Notes: a model not told the origin generated them from the letters alone. Shown: positions 13,301 through 27,193, counted from the stretch's first letter. The stretch: 64,000 bases of DNA from Eledone cirrhosa (GCA_964016885.1 OZ024742.1:243040001-243104000), one strand, 5' to 3'. Made by a program: numbers and translations.

Positions 13301-15943
13301 TTGACCATGCAGGTCACTAACTTGTGGTCTAAATAGCCAACCATGAGCATTTCTGGACAACTTAAAATGTCCTTATCCTTATTTCTAACTAAGAACCTAT
13401 CTAGGTACGACCTAGATGATCCGCTGAAGTTTGCCCAAGTCCAGGTTGGCGCAGTCGGAAAATCTAGTCGATATCTATCGGCCAGGTCAAATCGTCCGAT
13501 TAACCCTTTGAGGCTGTTACACCCCTCTCTATCGGGACGGGCCCCTACGTAGTCCCAACGTGCATCTAGGATACCATTCCAGTCCCCCACTAATAGCAAG
13601 GAGCGGGACGTCCCTAGAAAAGTCTCCAGACGATGGAAGAAGTCCGGCCGTGTTGACCCGCTTTGCCTTCACCACTGCCAAGGTCCAGAATCACTAGTCG
13701 ACTCTCTCCGGGTCCAAATGTACCGTCTGTGTTTCGAGACCCAGATGTTTTTGCAGCAGAACGACAACCCCACCTCCATATCCGGGCTGACAGAAAGATG
13801 CGTGCATCTCAAAGTCATCAAAGATGGGGGCCAGCTGTCGCACGTTGCTAATCCGGGCCTCGCAAATAACCATCACATCTATACGTTGTGACCTGAGGTC
13901 ATTTAGAAGCATTGCTTGCTTCCAAGTTGAGCCCAGGCCACGCGCATTTAGACAACCTACTCTCAGCATAGCCATGTTTGTGGTGAAGAGAAAAGGCACT
14001 TACCTCTCTGCGTACCGGGTATCGGGCTGCACAATTTCCATGAGGGTGGGGGATGGGTTGTTGGTGGGGTGGTGGTTTGTGGAAGTGTAGGGACATCAGT
14101 GTATTGTGTGGTTGGGATGTTTGGAGTTGTGTGGGTATTTGGGGAGGGGGTGGGAATTTTTTAGGAGGACGCGGTTAATCGGCCCGACGCAGGAGGGGCC
14201 CACGTCCTCTTTAAAGTTGTTTTTTAGCGTTTTATATGTGTCCTCTGGGGCCTTAATCATTTTGAGGTGGGGAAAATCCCCTGCCTGGGTGAAGTTAGGC
14301 CCTTGGGTTTTCACTAAATTGTTGTTGTATACAATGTTTAGCAGTTTTTTTTTATTTCTTGTATTTATGTATGTGTATGCATGTTTTTGTTTTTGTCTGG
14401 TGTTTTTTGTTTGCTGTTGTTGTGTGCTCTTTTGTGTTGGTGTCTGTGTTATGTTTTGAGGAGGGGTTGTTTTCATTTGTGTGTCTGAGGTGTTTTCTTT
14501 TTTTTCTTTTGATTGTGTGGAAGTGCTCCTCCTCGTCTGACGACGAACGAGGGTCATCTTCCGTGTTGGAGGGGAGGGGTAGATTTTCGGGTTGTGTTTG
14601 CGGTGCGGGTGTTTTGGAGATTGTTTTTTTTTAATGGGGGGGATGGGTTGGACAGGGTTTTGTTTTGGTTTGAGCTGTGGTTGTTGTTTTTGTAGTGGTG
14701 GTTGTGGTGATTGTGTTTGTTGTGCAGTTGGTAGTGTATGCACGATTGGGGTTTTCTTTTTAAGTTGAGGACAGACAGCCCTCATGTGACCTCTGGCTCC
14801 ACAGAGGTAACACGAGGGCCGCCTACCCTCAACGGTAATGTTAATAAAAGTTTGGTCATCCAGTATGACGCGTTCAGGGATCTGGGCGATCCTTTCGGGC
14901 CTCAGTTGAACTAAAAGTTCGAGGCCCGTTCCACTGAACGCGTCACCCGATGCCTTTCCCATGGATATTAATGTGTCGTCGTCTAGGTTCAGGAAACCTG
15001 TCAATACCCACCATATATCCATAATCGGAAGGATGGTGTGAATTTTTATTTTTTGTGTCCTTCTACCCATGTACGTAGGGTAGAAGGTGTATGCGGTGGA
15101 TGTGAACGGGTTTATTGACAGTTTCGCTACCTTGTCCCTGTCCTTCATGAGAATGGATAGACTCCTGTGGAGCCTATCCTTCTGAATGAATATGATGTCT
15201 TTCATGACATCTTTTAAAACCAGCTCTATCTCACTCTGTGATGGTTGAGCTGGTTTTTTGGTTTTGTTTGAGACTGTCCTAAACATGACAGTGTTTAGGC
15301 GTCTCTGCCTTTTTAGTTACGGGGGGGGGGGTCGAAAAGGATCCATTTTCCCGTACACTACGTATTTTTTGGCATCTGCCAGTAGCTCCTTAGCTTTGCT
15401 TATATCTACTGGCAGGTACTCGAGGGTTTTCCTTGCAGTCTGGGCGAAGGAGACCTTTTCCTTATTCGTGTTGCTGTTGTTGTTGGTGGTATTGTTGTTA
15501 TCATTGTTGTTGGTGTTGTTGTCTTTATTGTTGCTGTTGTTGTTGTTGTTGGTGTTGTTGTTGTTTTCAGTTTCTTGTATAGTTGTGGCTACGTCAAATT
15601 GTCGGTCAGCAGGTGGAGAAAATTCTTCCTCTGGCTGACCTCTGCCTTTGGCATCTGCTGCTGTGACAGTGGCAGTATAATTTCCCCTTTCTTCCTTTGA
15701 ATGTTGGTGAAGATGCTTCAGCCATTTTTATCAAAGTAGGATTTTTTGAAATTTTTCGAAAGATAAAATTTTTACAACACTATTTCGCCTAAAGGCGTAG
15801 AATATTTTGAGAGACTGACCAGATCAAAATTTGACCTGGCAGTCCCTCTACAAAATGGTACAAAAATGAAAGTTTACAGTTCACAATTTCCAGATAAATT
15901 TAAACGAAACTTACCGAGCGAGCTCAGCACATGTGTCCATCCC
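10314..15943 (-). mobile_element. L1/Tx1-clade LINE, apparently full length, both ORFs frameshifted (copy 1)
   Basis: ORF1 from an ATG near 15725 with CCHC knuckle CYLCGARGHMRAVC; ORF2 pieces with LNARGL, GDWN, SPGLDG, DQSKAF, QGCPLS, YADD and CPRC..H...C; collinear with 44077-48603; (TAGA)n on both sides. Confidence 0.93.
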
Positions 15944-16010
15944 AGATAGATAGATAGATAGAGTAAGTAGATAGATAGAGTAAGTAGGTAGGTAGGTTGG
16001 TTGATAGATA

Positions 16011-16268
16011 TGTTTCTTTATTAGCCACAGGGGCACAAAAGAAGGGGACAAATACAAAGGGGGAAGTTTACATACAATAAAAACGTGTAAAATGTTATCA
16101 CAAATGCAATAGATAGATAGATATCTTTATTTGCCACAGGGGCATACAAAAATGGGACATTACAAGACGTGACGGCGGGGATTTTACATAAAATCTTTAA
16201 CAATAGATTGTAGGTAGATAGATAGATAGATGAGTTTCTATTTATTTGCCACTAGGGCACAAAAGAAG
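16011..16268 (-). mobile_element. Three tandem 3'-end stubs (about 35-100 bp) of Tx1-family elements separated by (TAGA)n
   Basis: TTTATT(A/T)GCCAC(T)AGGG starts at about 16017, 16126 and 16241 match the 3' termini at 10314, 41979 and 44077. Confidence 0.8.
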
Positions 16269-16278
16269 ATAGATGGAT

Positions 16279-16279
<1 letters not shown>

Positions 16280-16349
<70 letters not shown>

Positions 16350-16396
16350 AGAAAAAAAAGAAAGAAAGAAAGCAAGGAATAAAGAAGGAAAGAAAG
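16280..16396. repeat. (AAAG)n microsatellite
   Basis: Directly visible. Confidence 0.9.
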
Positions 16397-16442
16397 CAGG
16401 AAAAAACATTGAAAACATCGACACTAAACATGAAAGATTCGA

Positions 16443-16763
16443 ATGCTGTCAACACCCTTCTAAGGGAGGGCTGGGCATGCCGTGGCTGATGATGCGCAGA
16501 CATGCGCTGAGGCTACGCCACCTCCAGGTATTCCTGACCGGTGAACCGGTGTGGCTCTGGTTTGTGAGACGACCTCTTCCACAACTCGTCTCACTAACAG
16601 AGCTGCAGTTCTGGGTCACGCGAAGACCAAAAACGGGCGCCTGGCACCTCGAGTGCCTTCAGGGGCTCACAGCCCTCTACCAAGCGGAAACGGCAATCAG
16701 CGGAGACTCTACTTCGACATTCTATAGGGGATTAGTGGAGGATAAGTGCGACGACGTTCTCGT
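16443..16763 (+). mobile_element. Internal Tx1 ORF2 fragment in opposite orientation
   Basis: CCQHPSKGGLGMPWLMMRRHALRLRHLQVF...KCDDVL, closest to the 42807-43199 subfamily. Confidence 0.88.
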
Positions 16764-16764
16764 A

Positions 16765-18730
16765 GGTGGTGGTGGTGGTGGTGGTGGTGGTGGTGGTGAT
16801 GGTCGTGTTGGTGATGGTGATGGTGGTGGTGGTGGTGGTGGTTGTGGTGATGGTGGTGGTGGTAGTGGTGGTGGTGGTGGTGGTGTTGGTGGTGGTGGTG
16901 GTGGTGGTGATGGTGGTGGTGATAGTGGTGGTGGTGGTGGTGGTGGCGGCGATTGTCGTGGTGAGGACGACGACAATGATGATGATAATGAACACGACAC
17001 CGTCGGTGATGGCGGTGGTTGTGGCAGCGGTGGCGGGGTGTTGTGGTAGTGACGGTGGCGGCGGTTTAATAATGAGAGTGGTGTGGTGGTGGTCGTAGTG
17101 GTGTGGTGCTGGTGGTGTAGGTTGTAGTAGTGGTGGTGGTGGTGTAGGTTGTAGTGGTGGTGGTGGTGGTGTAGGTGGTGGTGGTGGTGGTGGTGGTGGT
17201 GGTGATCATGTAGGTTGTAGTGGTGGTGGTGGTGGTGATGTAGGTTGTAGTGGTGGTGGTTGTGGTGGTGGTGTAGGTTGTAGTGGTGGTGGTGGTGGTG
17301 ATCATGTAGGTTGTAGTGCTGGTGATATAGGTTGTAGTGGTGGTGGTGTAGGTTGTAGTGGTGGTGGTGGTGATGTAGGTTGTAGTGGTGGTGGTGGTGG
17401 TGGTGTAGGTTGTAGTGGTGGTGGTGGTGGTGATCATGTAGGTTGTAGTGCTGGTGATATAGGTTGTAGTGGTGGTGGTGTAGGTTGTAGTGGTGTTGAT
17501 GTAGGTTGTAGTGGTGGTGGTGGTGGTGATCATGTAGGTTGTAGTGCTGGTGATGTAGGTTGTAGTGGTGGTGGTGGTGGCGGTGGTGTAGGTTGTAGTA
17601 GTGGTGGTGGTGGTGGTGGTGGTGGTGATGTAGGTTGTAGTGGTGGTGGTGGTGGTGATGTAGGTTGTAGTGGTGGTCGTGGTGGTGTAGGTTGTAGTGA
17701 TGGTGGTGGTGATGTAGGTTGTAGTGCTGGTGATGTAGGTTGTAGTGGTGGTGGTGGTGATGTAGGTTGTAGTAGTGGTGGTGGTGGTGGTGGTGATGTA
17801 GGTTGTAGTGGTGGTGGTGGTGGTGGTGATGTAGGTCGTAGTGGTGGTCGTGGTGGTGTAGGTTGTAGTGATGGTGGTGGTGGTGGTGATGTAGGTTGTA
17901 GTGGTGGTGGTGGGGGGGATCATGTATGTTGTAGTGGTGGTGGTGGGGGGGATCATGTATGTTGTAGTGGTGGTGGTGGTGATGTAGGTTGTATTGGTGG
18001 TGGTGGTGTAGGTTGTATTAGTGGTGGTGATCATGTAGGTTGTAGTGGTGGTGATGTAGGTTGTTGTGGTGGTGGTTGTGGTGGTGTAGGTTGTAGTAGT
18101 GATGGTGGTGGTGGTGGTGGTGTAGGTTGTAGTAGTGGTGGTGGTGGTGATCATGTAGGTTGTAGTGGTGGTGGTGGTGGTGGTGGTGGTGGTGGTGGTA
18201 GTGATCATGTAGGTTGTAGTGGTGGTGGTGGTGATCATGTAGGTTGTAGTGGTGGTGGTGGTGGTGGTGTAGGTTGTAGTAGTGGTGGTGGTGGTGATCA
18301 TGTAGGTTGTAGTGGTGGTGGTGATGTAGGTTGTAGTGGTGGTGGTGGTGGTGATCATGTAGGTTGTAGTAGTGGTGGTGGTGGTGGTGGTGGTGTAGGT
18401 TGTAGTGGTTGTGGTGGTGGTGATCATGTAGGTTGTAGTGGTGGTGGTGGTGGTGATCATGTAGGTTGTAGTGGTGGTGGTGGTGGTGATCATGTAGTTT
18501 GTAGTAGTGGTGGTGGTGGTGGTGGTGGTGGTGTAGGTTGTAGTGGTGGTGGTGGTGGTGGTGATGTAGGTTGTAGTGGTGGTGGTGGTGGTGGTGATCA
18601 TGTAGGTTGTAGTGGTGGTGGTGGTGGTGATCATGTAGGTTGTAGTAGTGGTGGTGGTGGTGATGTAGGTTGTAGTGGTGGTGGTGGTGGTGATGGTGGT
18701 GGTGGTGGTGATGTAGGTTGTAGTGGTGGT
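16765..18730. repeat. (GGT)n-based tandem array with TAGGTTGTAG / GATCATG interruptions
   Basis: Directly visible; variable-length units GT(GGT)n[GATCAT]GTAGGTTGTA from about 17100. Confidence 0.9.
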
Positions 18731-19033
18731 GCAGCAGTAATGGTGATCATCCTTAGTAGTATTGTTCGTGTTATTGTGACATGTTTACCAACAGGTTTCC
18801 TTTGTCTGTGAACACAAATGGCGGAGGGTGGCGATTAGAAACGTTCAAATTATCCATGTAGAAGAACCAGCAATTATAAACGGAGAACTATGTATGTTGT
18901 TGTTGTTGTTGTTGTCGTCGTCGTCATTGATGTTACACACTTAACTGCTGTTACTGTTGCTGTTGCTCTTAAATGTTTAAATGTTTTGCATTAGTTTGTT
19001 GCAGCAGCTGTTGCAGTTGCATTATTGTTAATG

Positions 19034-19217
19034 GAGGGTGGTGAATTGGCAGTAACGGTAGAGGGTTGGACATGCTTTCCAGCATAGTTACGTCCCTTTG
19101 CAGTCTGAGTTCAAATCCCGCCGAGGTTGACTTTGCCTTTCATCCTTACGGGGTCGATAAAATAAAGTACCAGTAATGCACTGGGTTATTTCTGGCCTTG
19201 TGCCTAAAGTAGAAACA
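19034..19217 (+). mobile_element. tRNA-derived Nin/Deu-like SINE with 13-bp TSD
   Basis: A/B-box-like head and core; ATTATTGTTAATG at 19021-19033 and 19218-19230. Confidence 0.85.
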
Positions 19218-19239
19218 ATTATTGTTAATGATTTTCTTT

Positions 19240-19843
19240 CTGTTGTTGTTGTTGTTGTTTTTGGCTGTTTTTGATGTTATTCATTGTTGTTGTTGTTGGT
19301 GGTGGTGATGTTGGTGGTGGTGTTGTTGTTGTTGTTGGTGGTGTTGGTGGTGGTGGTGGTGGTGGTGGTGGTGGTGGATGTTGTTGTTGTTGGTGGTGGT
19401 GATGTTGGTGGTGGTGTTGTTGGTGGTGGTGGTGGTAGTGATGTTGTTGGTGGTGGTGTTGGTGGTGGTGGTGGTGATGTTGTTGTTGTTGGTGGTGGTG
19501 GTGGTGGCGGTGATGGATGTTGTTGTTGGTGGTGTTGGTGTTGTTGTTGGTGGTGGTGGTGGTGATGTTGGTGGTGGTGTTGTTGTTGTTGGTGGTGTTG
19601 GTGGTGGTGTTGTTGTTGTTGGTGGTGTTGGTGGTGGTGGTGGTGGTGGTGGTGGTGGTGGTGGTGGTGGTGGTGGTGGATGTTGTTGTTGGTGGTGTTG
19701 GTGGTGGTGATGTTGTTGGTGGTGGTGTTGGTGGTGGTGGTGGTGATGTTGTTGGTGGTGGTGGTGGTGATGTTGTTGTTGGTGGTGGTGGTGGTGGTGA
19801 TGGTGGATGTTGTTGTTGTTGGTGGTGTTGGTGGTGGTCGTGG

Positions 19844-19874
<31 letters not shown>

Positions 19875-21200
19875 GGTGGTGGTGGTGGTGGTGGTGGTGG
19901 TGGTGGTGGTGGTGGTGGTGGAGGTGATGTTGTTGGTGGTGTTGGTGGTGGTGGTGGTGGTGGTGGTTATGTTGTTGTTGGTGGTGTTGGTGGTGGTGAT
20001 GTTGTTGTTGGTGGTGGTGGTGGTAATGTTGTTGGTGGTGTTGGTGGTGGTGATGGTGGTGATGTTGTTGGTGGTGTTCGTGGTGGTGGTGGTGGTGGTG
20101 GTGGTAGTGGTGGTGGTGGTGGTGGTGGTGTTGGTGGTGGTGGTGATGTTGTTGTTGGTGGTGGTGGTGGTGGTGGTGGTGATGTTGTTGTTGGTGGTGA
20201 TGGTGGTGGTGGTGGTGATGGTGGTGGTGGTGTTGGTGGTGATGGTGGTGATGTTGTTGTTGGTGGTGTTGGTGGTGGTGGTGGTGATGTTGTTGGTGGT
20301 GTTGGTGGTGGTGGTGGTGATGTTGTTGGTGGTGTTGATGGTGATGGTGGTGATGTTGTTGTTGGTGGTGGTGGTGATGTTGTTGGTGGTGGTGATGGTG
20401 GTGATGTTGTTGGTGGTGTTAACTGCTGTTGTTGTTTGTGGTGTTGGTGGTGGTGGTGTTTGGTGATGGTGGTGTTGTTGTTGGTGGTGTTGGTGGTGGT
20501 GGTGGTGTTGGTGGTGGTGGTGTTAACTGTTGTTGTTGTTGGTGGTGTTGGTGGTGGTGGTGTTTGGTGGTGGTGGTGTTGTTGTTGGTGGTGTTGGTGG
20601 TGGTGATGTTGTTGTTGGTGGTGTTGGTGGTGGTGGTGGTGTTGTTGGTGGTGGTGGTGGTGGTGGTGTTGTTGGTGGTGGTGGTGTTAACTGTTGTTGT
20701 TGGTGGTGGTGGTGGTGTTTGGTGGTGGTGATGTTGTTGTTGTTGCTGTTGTTGATTGTTGTTGTTGTCGTTGTTTGTGGTGGTGGTGGTGGTGATGTTA
20801 TTGTTGTTGTTGCTGTTGGTGTTGATGGTGGTGATGGTGGTGATGTTGTTGACTGTTGTTGTTGCTGGTGTTGTTGTTAGTAGTGGTGGTGGTGTTGTTG
20901 TTGACTGTTGTTGTTGGTGGTGTTGGTGGTGGTGATGGTGGTGATCTTGTTGTTGACTGTTGTTGGTGCTATTGTTGTTGGTGGTGGTGATGGTAATGTT
21001 GTTGTTACTGTTGTTGTTGTTGTTTCTGTAATCGCTTCTGTTATTGCAGTTTACTGTTGCTGCACCTGCTATTCATGCTATTATTGCTGTTGTTCTGATG
21101 ATGTTTTTATTATTGTTGTTGGTGTTTTTTGCTGTTGTAGTTTTTGCTGATGATGTTGATATTATTTTTCTTGCTGTTATTGTTATTGCTATTTTTGTTG
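19240..21200. repeat. (GGT/GTT/GAT)n trinucleotide low-complexity array
   Basis: Directly visible. Confidence 0.9.
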
Positions 21201-21794
21201 TTGTTAATTATTATTTAATAATCAGTTGTGTATGTATGTTGATATTGTTTGCTTTTCTTTGAAGTCTCAGTAATGTTGTCGCAAGTAGAAGTTTTTACAG
21301 AAATATATTGTAGTTAGGAAAGTTAAGTGAATTGTCTCAGTAAGGTGTTAATCGGCCGCCATTTTGGAATGGAGGACACATGCAAGAAATGTGTATACAT
21401 ATGTACGATTGGAGGGGATGGAAACAAACATTAATTTAGCTTCAAATAGCTTATAGAAATAAAAATGAAATGAAGCAAAAGACTTTATATCTGATGTTTA
21501 GAATTTAGTGGAAATTTAGTTTTGTTTAATTTATCATTTATATTATTTTTTTTTTTATATATATATAATCGGTTATAAATTCTAGAGTGGCAGCTGATTG
21601 AATCAATAAGATTTGGGGCTATCAATATAATGACTACAAGGGAAGTATCCAGGCCTGCTTGCTTCGCGGAAAGAAGTTAGTAAACTTTTAGTTAATTAAA
21701 CATTAAAATGTGTGTTTTCATACGAATTCCGTGCAGCTCCGTTTAAAGACATGTACTGTTTGTACATATATGAATTGAATGTGCATATATATAT

Positions 21795-21834
<40 letters not shown>

Positions 21835-21844
21835 TTTAAAGCGA

Positions 21845-22140
21845 CATCTGAATACACAACACACAAAAACAGGATGGTGTAGGACAAAGGAGAGACACAA
21901 AATAAAAACCCAGTCACTGAGGAGGTCACAGAATATGTGACGAAAGAGCTTTGACAATATATAAACAACCATCCAGTTATCGAACGAACCAACCAACCGG
22001 AAATTTATAATAAATTGAAGTGAAAACCAACAGGTGCGTGTGTTTTTATTGACAGCATGACCCTCCAAAAGTATAACAATATCTGTTTGAACACACATTT
22101 TCAAATAAGAAATCTTGCAAAACAAATTCAAAAACGAAGT
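21845..22140 (+). mobile_element. Penelope-like pLTR copy (family shared with 28956-29390 and 54764-55745)
   Basis: Collinear similarity by eye; contains a hammerhead; ends in (TA)n. Confidence 0.75.
21913..21955 (+). ncRNA. Minimal type I hammerhead ribozyme
   Basis: GTCA-CTGAGGA-gGTCAC-agaatat-GTGAC-GAA-AGagCT-T-TGAC. Confidence 0.75.
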
Positions 22141-22204
22141 GTATATATATATATATATATATATATGAGGGGGACGGACGTATGTGTGTGTGCATATATT
22201 AGTT

Positions 22205-22560
22205 TTCAAATGCCCTGTGTGCCCTAGTGTGTGCCTTTCGAATGTTGGCTTGAAGTCACACCAACGAGCACATGATGGTAACGTCCAAGTAGACTGTTAA
22301 AACTTAGTTGGTGAGAATCAGTTCCAGTGCCATGTTTATCAGATAATTTGCAAATCAAGTGGTGGACTGAAGCGACATCTGAACATACACAATAAGCTAA
22401 ACCAAAGTGGAAACAAGAATGGAATGAGACATCATTGTATTATTTGTGGACGGGTGTTTCACAGGCTTTCAGGACTCAAACGCCATTTGAAATCTCATGA
22501 AAAGGAAAGAACAAAAAGGGAAAAAAGTGGTCAAGCCTTGTATGGAGCAGACAACCTTCA
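22205..22560 (+). pseudogene. Three degenerate C2H2 zinc fingers, probably the 3' end of an RTE-type LINE
   Basis: Manual translation FKCPVCPSVCLSNVGLKSHQRAH..*..FQCHVYQIICKSSGGLKRHLNIH...HCIICGRVFHRLSGLKRHLKSH; one in-frame stop; no TGEKP linkers. Confidence 0.6.
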
Positions 22561-22566
22561 TATATA

Positions 22567-23445
<879 letters not shown>

Positions 23446-23592
23446 CGCCCTCATCAGATAAAATACAAAAGTTGTTTTATAAATAGTGACATAATAAGTT
23501 TTGTTTGACTATTCAAACAAACTATTCAAACAGAACTTAAAACGATAAGTTCTGGTTTTTTGGATATGTCACTATTTATAAAACAACTTTTG

Positions 23593-23653
23593 TATTTTAT
23601 CTGATGAGAGCGTACCAAAATGTTGGTACCCTTGAAACATATATAATAAAATA
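23593..23653 (+). ncRNA. Hammerhead ribozyme motif, inverted partner of 23405-23465
   Basis: TATTTTAT-CTGATGA-gagcGTACCAA-aatg-TTGGTACcctt-GAA-ACATATAT-A-ATAAAATA; one stem III mismatch. Confidence 0.65.
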
Positions 23654-23784
23654 AATATGGCTTTATAAAGATAGTTTCCATTTATTAATATCATTGATAT
23701 TATACTCTAGAAGAAATGTGTAGAGTGCTTCGAATCTGTTATAATTAAATTTGTTGAATAACCAACAAATTAAATAACTCTTTG

Positions 23785-23825
<41 letters not shown>

Positions 23826-23981
23826 CCAAATGTATGTATAGTATATTTGGCAATATACCGTATTAAGAACATTTAGACCATAAGTAAGTGACATAGTCAC
23901 TACTTTAAATCTGATAGCGTTTGGTCTTCTAAATGATCTTAATTAAATATACGGTATATTGCCAAATATACTATACATACA

Positions 23982-24018
<37 letters not shown>

Positions 24019-24146
24019 AAAGTTATATTTAAAATTGTTGGGTTACAACTAGTAAATATTTATAACTGATATAAAAGCACTCGACAAATATTTGGAGTAT
24101 ATTTACAATATTAAATAAATGGAAACTATATTTATAAAACCATATT

Positions 24147-24212
24147 TATTTCATTATATATATTTCGGGGATATCATATTAACAATATGCTATGCCTTCC
24201 TCAGACAAAATA
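24147..24212 (-). ncRNA. Hammerhead ribozyme motif (left palindrome arm)
   Basis: Reverse complement of 24335-24400. Confidence 0.6.
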
Positions 24213-24334
24213 CAATATAAACAGTTTTATAGATAAATAGATTCGACATACCGTTATAACACCGACTTCCATAAATGGAAGTCGGTGTTATAACGGTATG
24301 TCGAATCTATTTATCTATAAAACTGTTTATATTG

Positions 24335-24400
24335 TATTTTGTCTGAGGAAGGCATAGCATATTGTTAATATGATATCCCCGAAATATATATAATGAAATA
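24335..24400 (+). ncRNA. Hammerhead ribozyme motif (right palindrome arm)
   Basis: TATTTTGT-CTGAGGA-aggcatagCATATT-gtt-AATATGatatcccc-GAA-ATATATAT-A-ATGAAATA; base of stem II imperfect. Confidence 0.6.
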
Positions 24401-24437
24401 AATATGGTTTTATAAATATAGTTTCCATTTATTTAAT

Positions 24438-24509
<72 letters not shown>

Positions 24510-24512
<3 letters not shown>

Positions 24513-24716
24513 CATGTTTAATATAGAAATGGTTTCTACGGGACTAGAACTGTTTCATTCGAAAGAAATCATATATGCATTAGACTTGCCCGTTAAATAA
24601 TGCACTGAACTGGTTGGTAGTTGTTGAATGAGAGTCATATTTTTACACAAATATTCTATAATAGAAACAAAGTTTATATTATTTTTAATGTAGATATATG
24701 ATTTTACAATATGTCA

Positions 24717-24756
<40 letters not shown>

Positions 24757-25900
24757 TTCTCTCTCTCTGTCTCTGCTAAACGAACGAACTACTTGGATTA
24801 TGGTCATGTTAGCTGCGATGATGGTCATCGAGTTCTATTGGTGAGAGGTGGTTAGTAGGTGGAAGGTCATTGCAGGTGTAGAGTTATAAAATAGTATGAG
24901 ATATCGGTTAAGAACATACTTGATGTTAGTTGCAGTTGTGCGAACGACAATGTGTAGTGAAAAGAGTTAATACTAGGCAGGTGTGGTGATTATTGAGTTT
25001 CGTGAAATTCTGTTGAGGAAAGATTATCCATAACTGGAGAGCCGTTTTAGGTTATAAGAAAGTATGCGTTCATATTAGTTGCGGTTTAGACTGCGACTCA
25101 GCGATGATTATCAGAGGCTGCACGCCATATTTGGGAAGGTTGTAGGTGGCTGAGATGTTATCCCGGTGAAGATACTATTTTTCATTTTTCTTTATCAGAA
25201 TGAATTTTATGGCGTGAGGGCAACAATTGAAGATATCGGCCTTGGGGGTGGTGCAGTTTGTGAGTCTTTATGCTTTTTTGAATATTCCACATATCGGCTC
25301 TGATAATGTTTAAGCCGTTGGAATAAGGTCTGGATCTTTAGAGAATTTTCCTCTTGATGTAGAAGGCCGCGTCACTATCATTCAATTTCTATAGGTGGCG
25401 AGCGAGCTTGGTTGTATTTCTCTTGTCCGAGTATCTAAAGGCTGATACTTGATTTAAGAACCGGTGTTTAAATTTGCATTCCATCATACCCACACAGAAC
25501 TTAACTTCTGCTGATTTATTTGGGATGGATAAGACAACTTTAGTTTTATACACCGCAGTTTTTTAGTTTGTCGGTAATATGTGATATTACATTTTTGGCA
25601 CAGGAATCAAATTTGATAGATTTCCTATATCTATGGCCGATAAGGAAGTGCTTATCTACAAGGGCTAAGAACTGTTACCTATCTTAGTTTTGACATTATC
25701 GGCCTATTTTTAAGCCAGGTAGTTTGATTATTTTCTGCAAGGTAATTAATTTTATCCTTGGATAAGATTATTTACAATCTATGAGCGACCACTTATAACT
25801 ATCACCAAGCCCAGATACTCCTAACTCTAAATTGCAAATAAAACATGCCTGTAGGCATTCTAATAAGCCTAAACCATTGCTCTTGAGCAAGCTCTTTAAA
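24510..25900 (-). mobile_element. Highly decayed Penelope-like RT remnant with pLTR fragment
   Basis: Minus-strand traces RYVEY (RYVDD-like) and HAIKF; GAAACAGTTCTAGTC pLTR piece at about 24520-24570 is also seen at 27061 and 30014. Boundaries uncertain. Confidence 0.35.
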
Positions 25901-26260
25901 GCACATATGTTGTTAAATTCGGTCTTCCTATACAGTAAGCGGAAACATGTAAGTCTATTTCTGTTTCCGTAGAAGAATCACACCCCAGTCTAAAGATTTT
26001 CAGTCAATTATTTGTTCTAAAACAACATTCTAACAATTTCACCCCATAAATAAATAATTTCTCTAACTTCCTGAAAATATATAAATAAGCAATAGGTTCC
26101 ATCAATATGGCGGCATATTTCAAAATTTTCGTTTTGTTCCCTTGAGGCCTAAAGGAAAACAAAACCGTCATATCATTCGAAAAAAAAGTTATTTTGCCAC
26201 TACTACTACTACTAGTACTAGTACTACTACTACTACTACTAATAATAATAATAATAATAA

Positions 26261-26294
<34 letters not shown>

Positions 26295-26810
26295 GTTATT
26301 ATTGTAACGGAATTCTCTTTTTACAAATATAAAATGTACTTGATAACCAGTTATGTTTAGCTGGTAGCAATGAGAATTAAATTTCACCCAGTCAAGTATC
26401 CGTCTTCATGGAAATATAATGAAGCATTATATTTTTAACTGAAATGGGTAAAAAGGTTCAGAACAGGAAAAAGGTAAATTATAGAGATATGTATCCTCAA
26501 CACCTTTATTGTTTGTTAACCCAGACAGCTGCTCTGGAATGGACATCCGTCGGTTTAGGAGATGAGTATTCCACATGTTCGATCAACGAAACGACCAGCA
26601 TGTGAAATAAAGAAGTGAGTTGTTGGTCATTGCACAGACAAATGTACCCTTAAGGGAATTCTTAGGAAGGATCAGCGTAACATTGTGTGTGTTAAGGCTA
26701 CCATATTGAATTATAGATACAGTCCTTCCGACGGGCTTCCCAACAGTTTCTTATTTTGGTAAGGTGCGATAAGCTCAATGCGTTACTAAAGTCGACAGTA
26801 TGCAGGAAGT

Positions 26811-27022
<212 letters not shown>

Positions 27023-27041
27023 TTTTTTGATACCCAGATTC

Positions 27042-27080
27042 CTGATGATTTCTAAAGAATGAAACAGTTCTAGTCCTGTA
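27042..27080 (+). ncRNA. Partial hammerhead-like core
   Basis: CTGATGA-tTTCT-aa-AGAAt-GAAAC-agttcta-GTC; stem I not convincingly paired. Confidence 0.4.
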
Positions 27081-27193
27081 GAATCTCATCTATATTAAAA
27101 CTTTTATACTCTGCAATGTATTGAGTACCTTACTTACTGTGGTTACCTCCGATTCAACCCGGAATAACGTATATATATATATATATATATATG

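Larger units (their letters stand above)
24104..24443. repeat. Near-perfect palindrome, about 169-bp arms and 2-nt spacer
   Basis: ...CCGACTTCCAT-aa-ATGGAAGTCGG...; right arm runs into (TA)n. Confidence 0.92.

Noticed and set aside
17066-18634. 522-aa Thr-rich ORF resembling a mucin
   Set aside because: It is the reverse frame of a (GGT)n array; no signal peptide, unique domain or splice context is evident.
19284-21262. Gly/Val-rich ORFs resembling structural proteins
   Set aside because: Translations of a GGT/GTT trinucleotide array, open in several frames.
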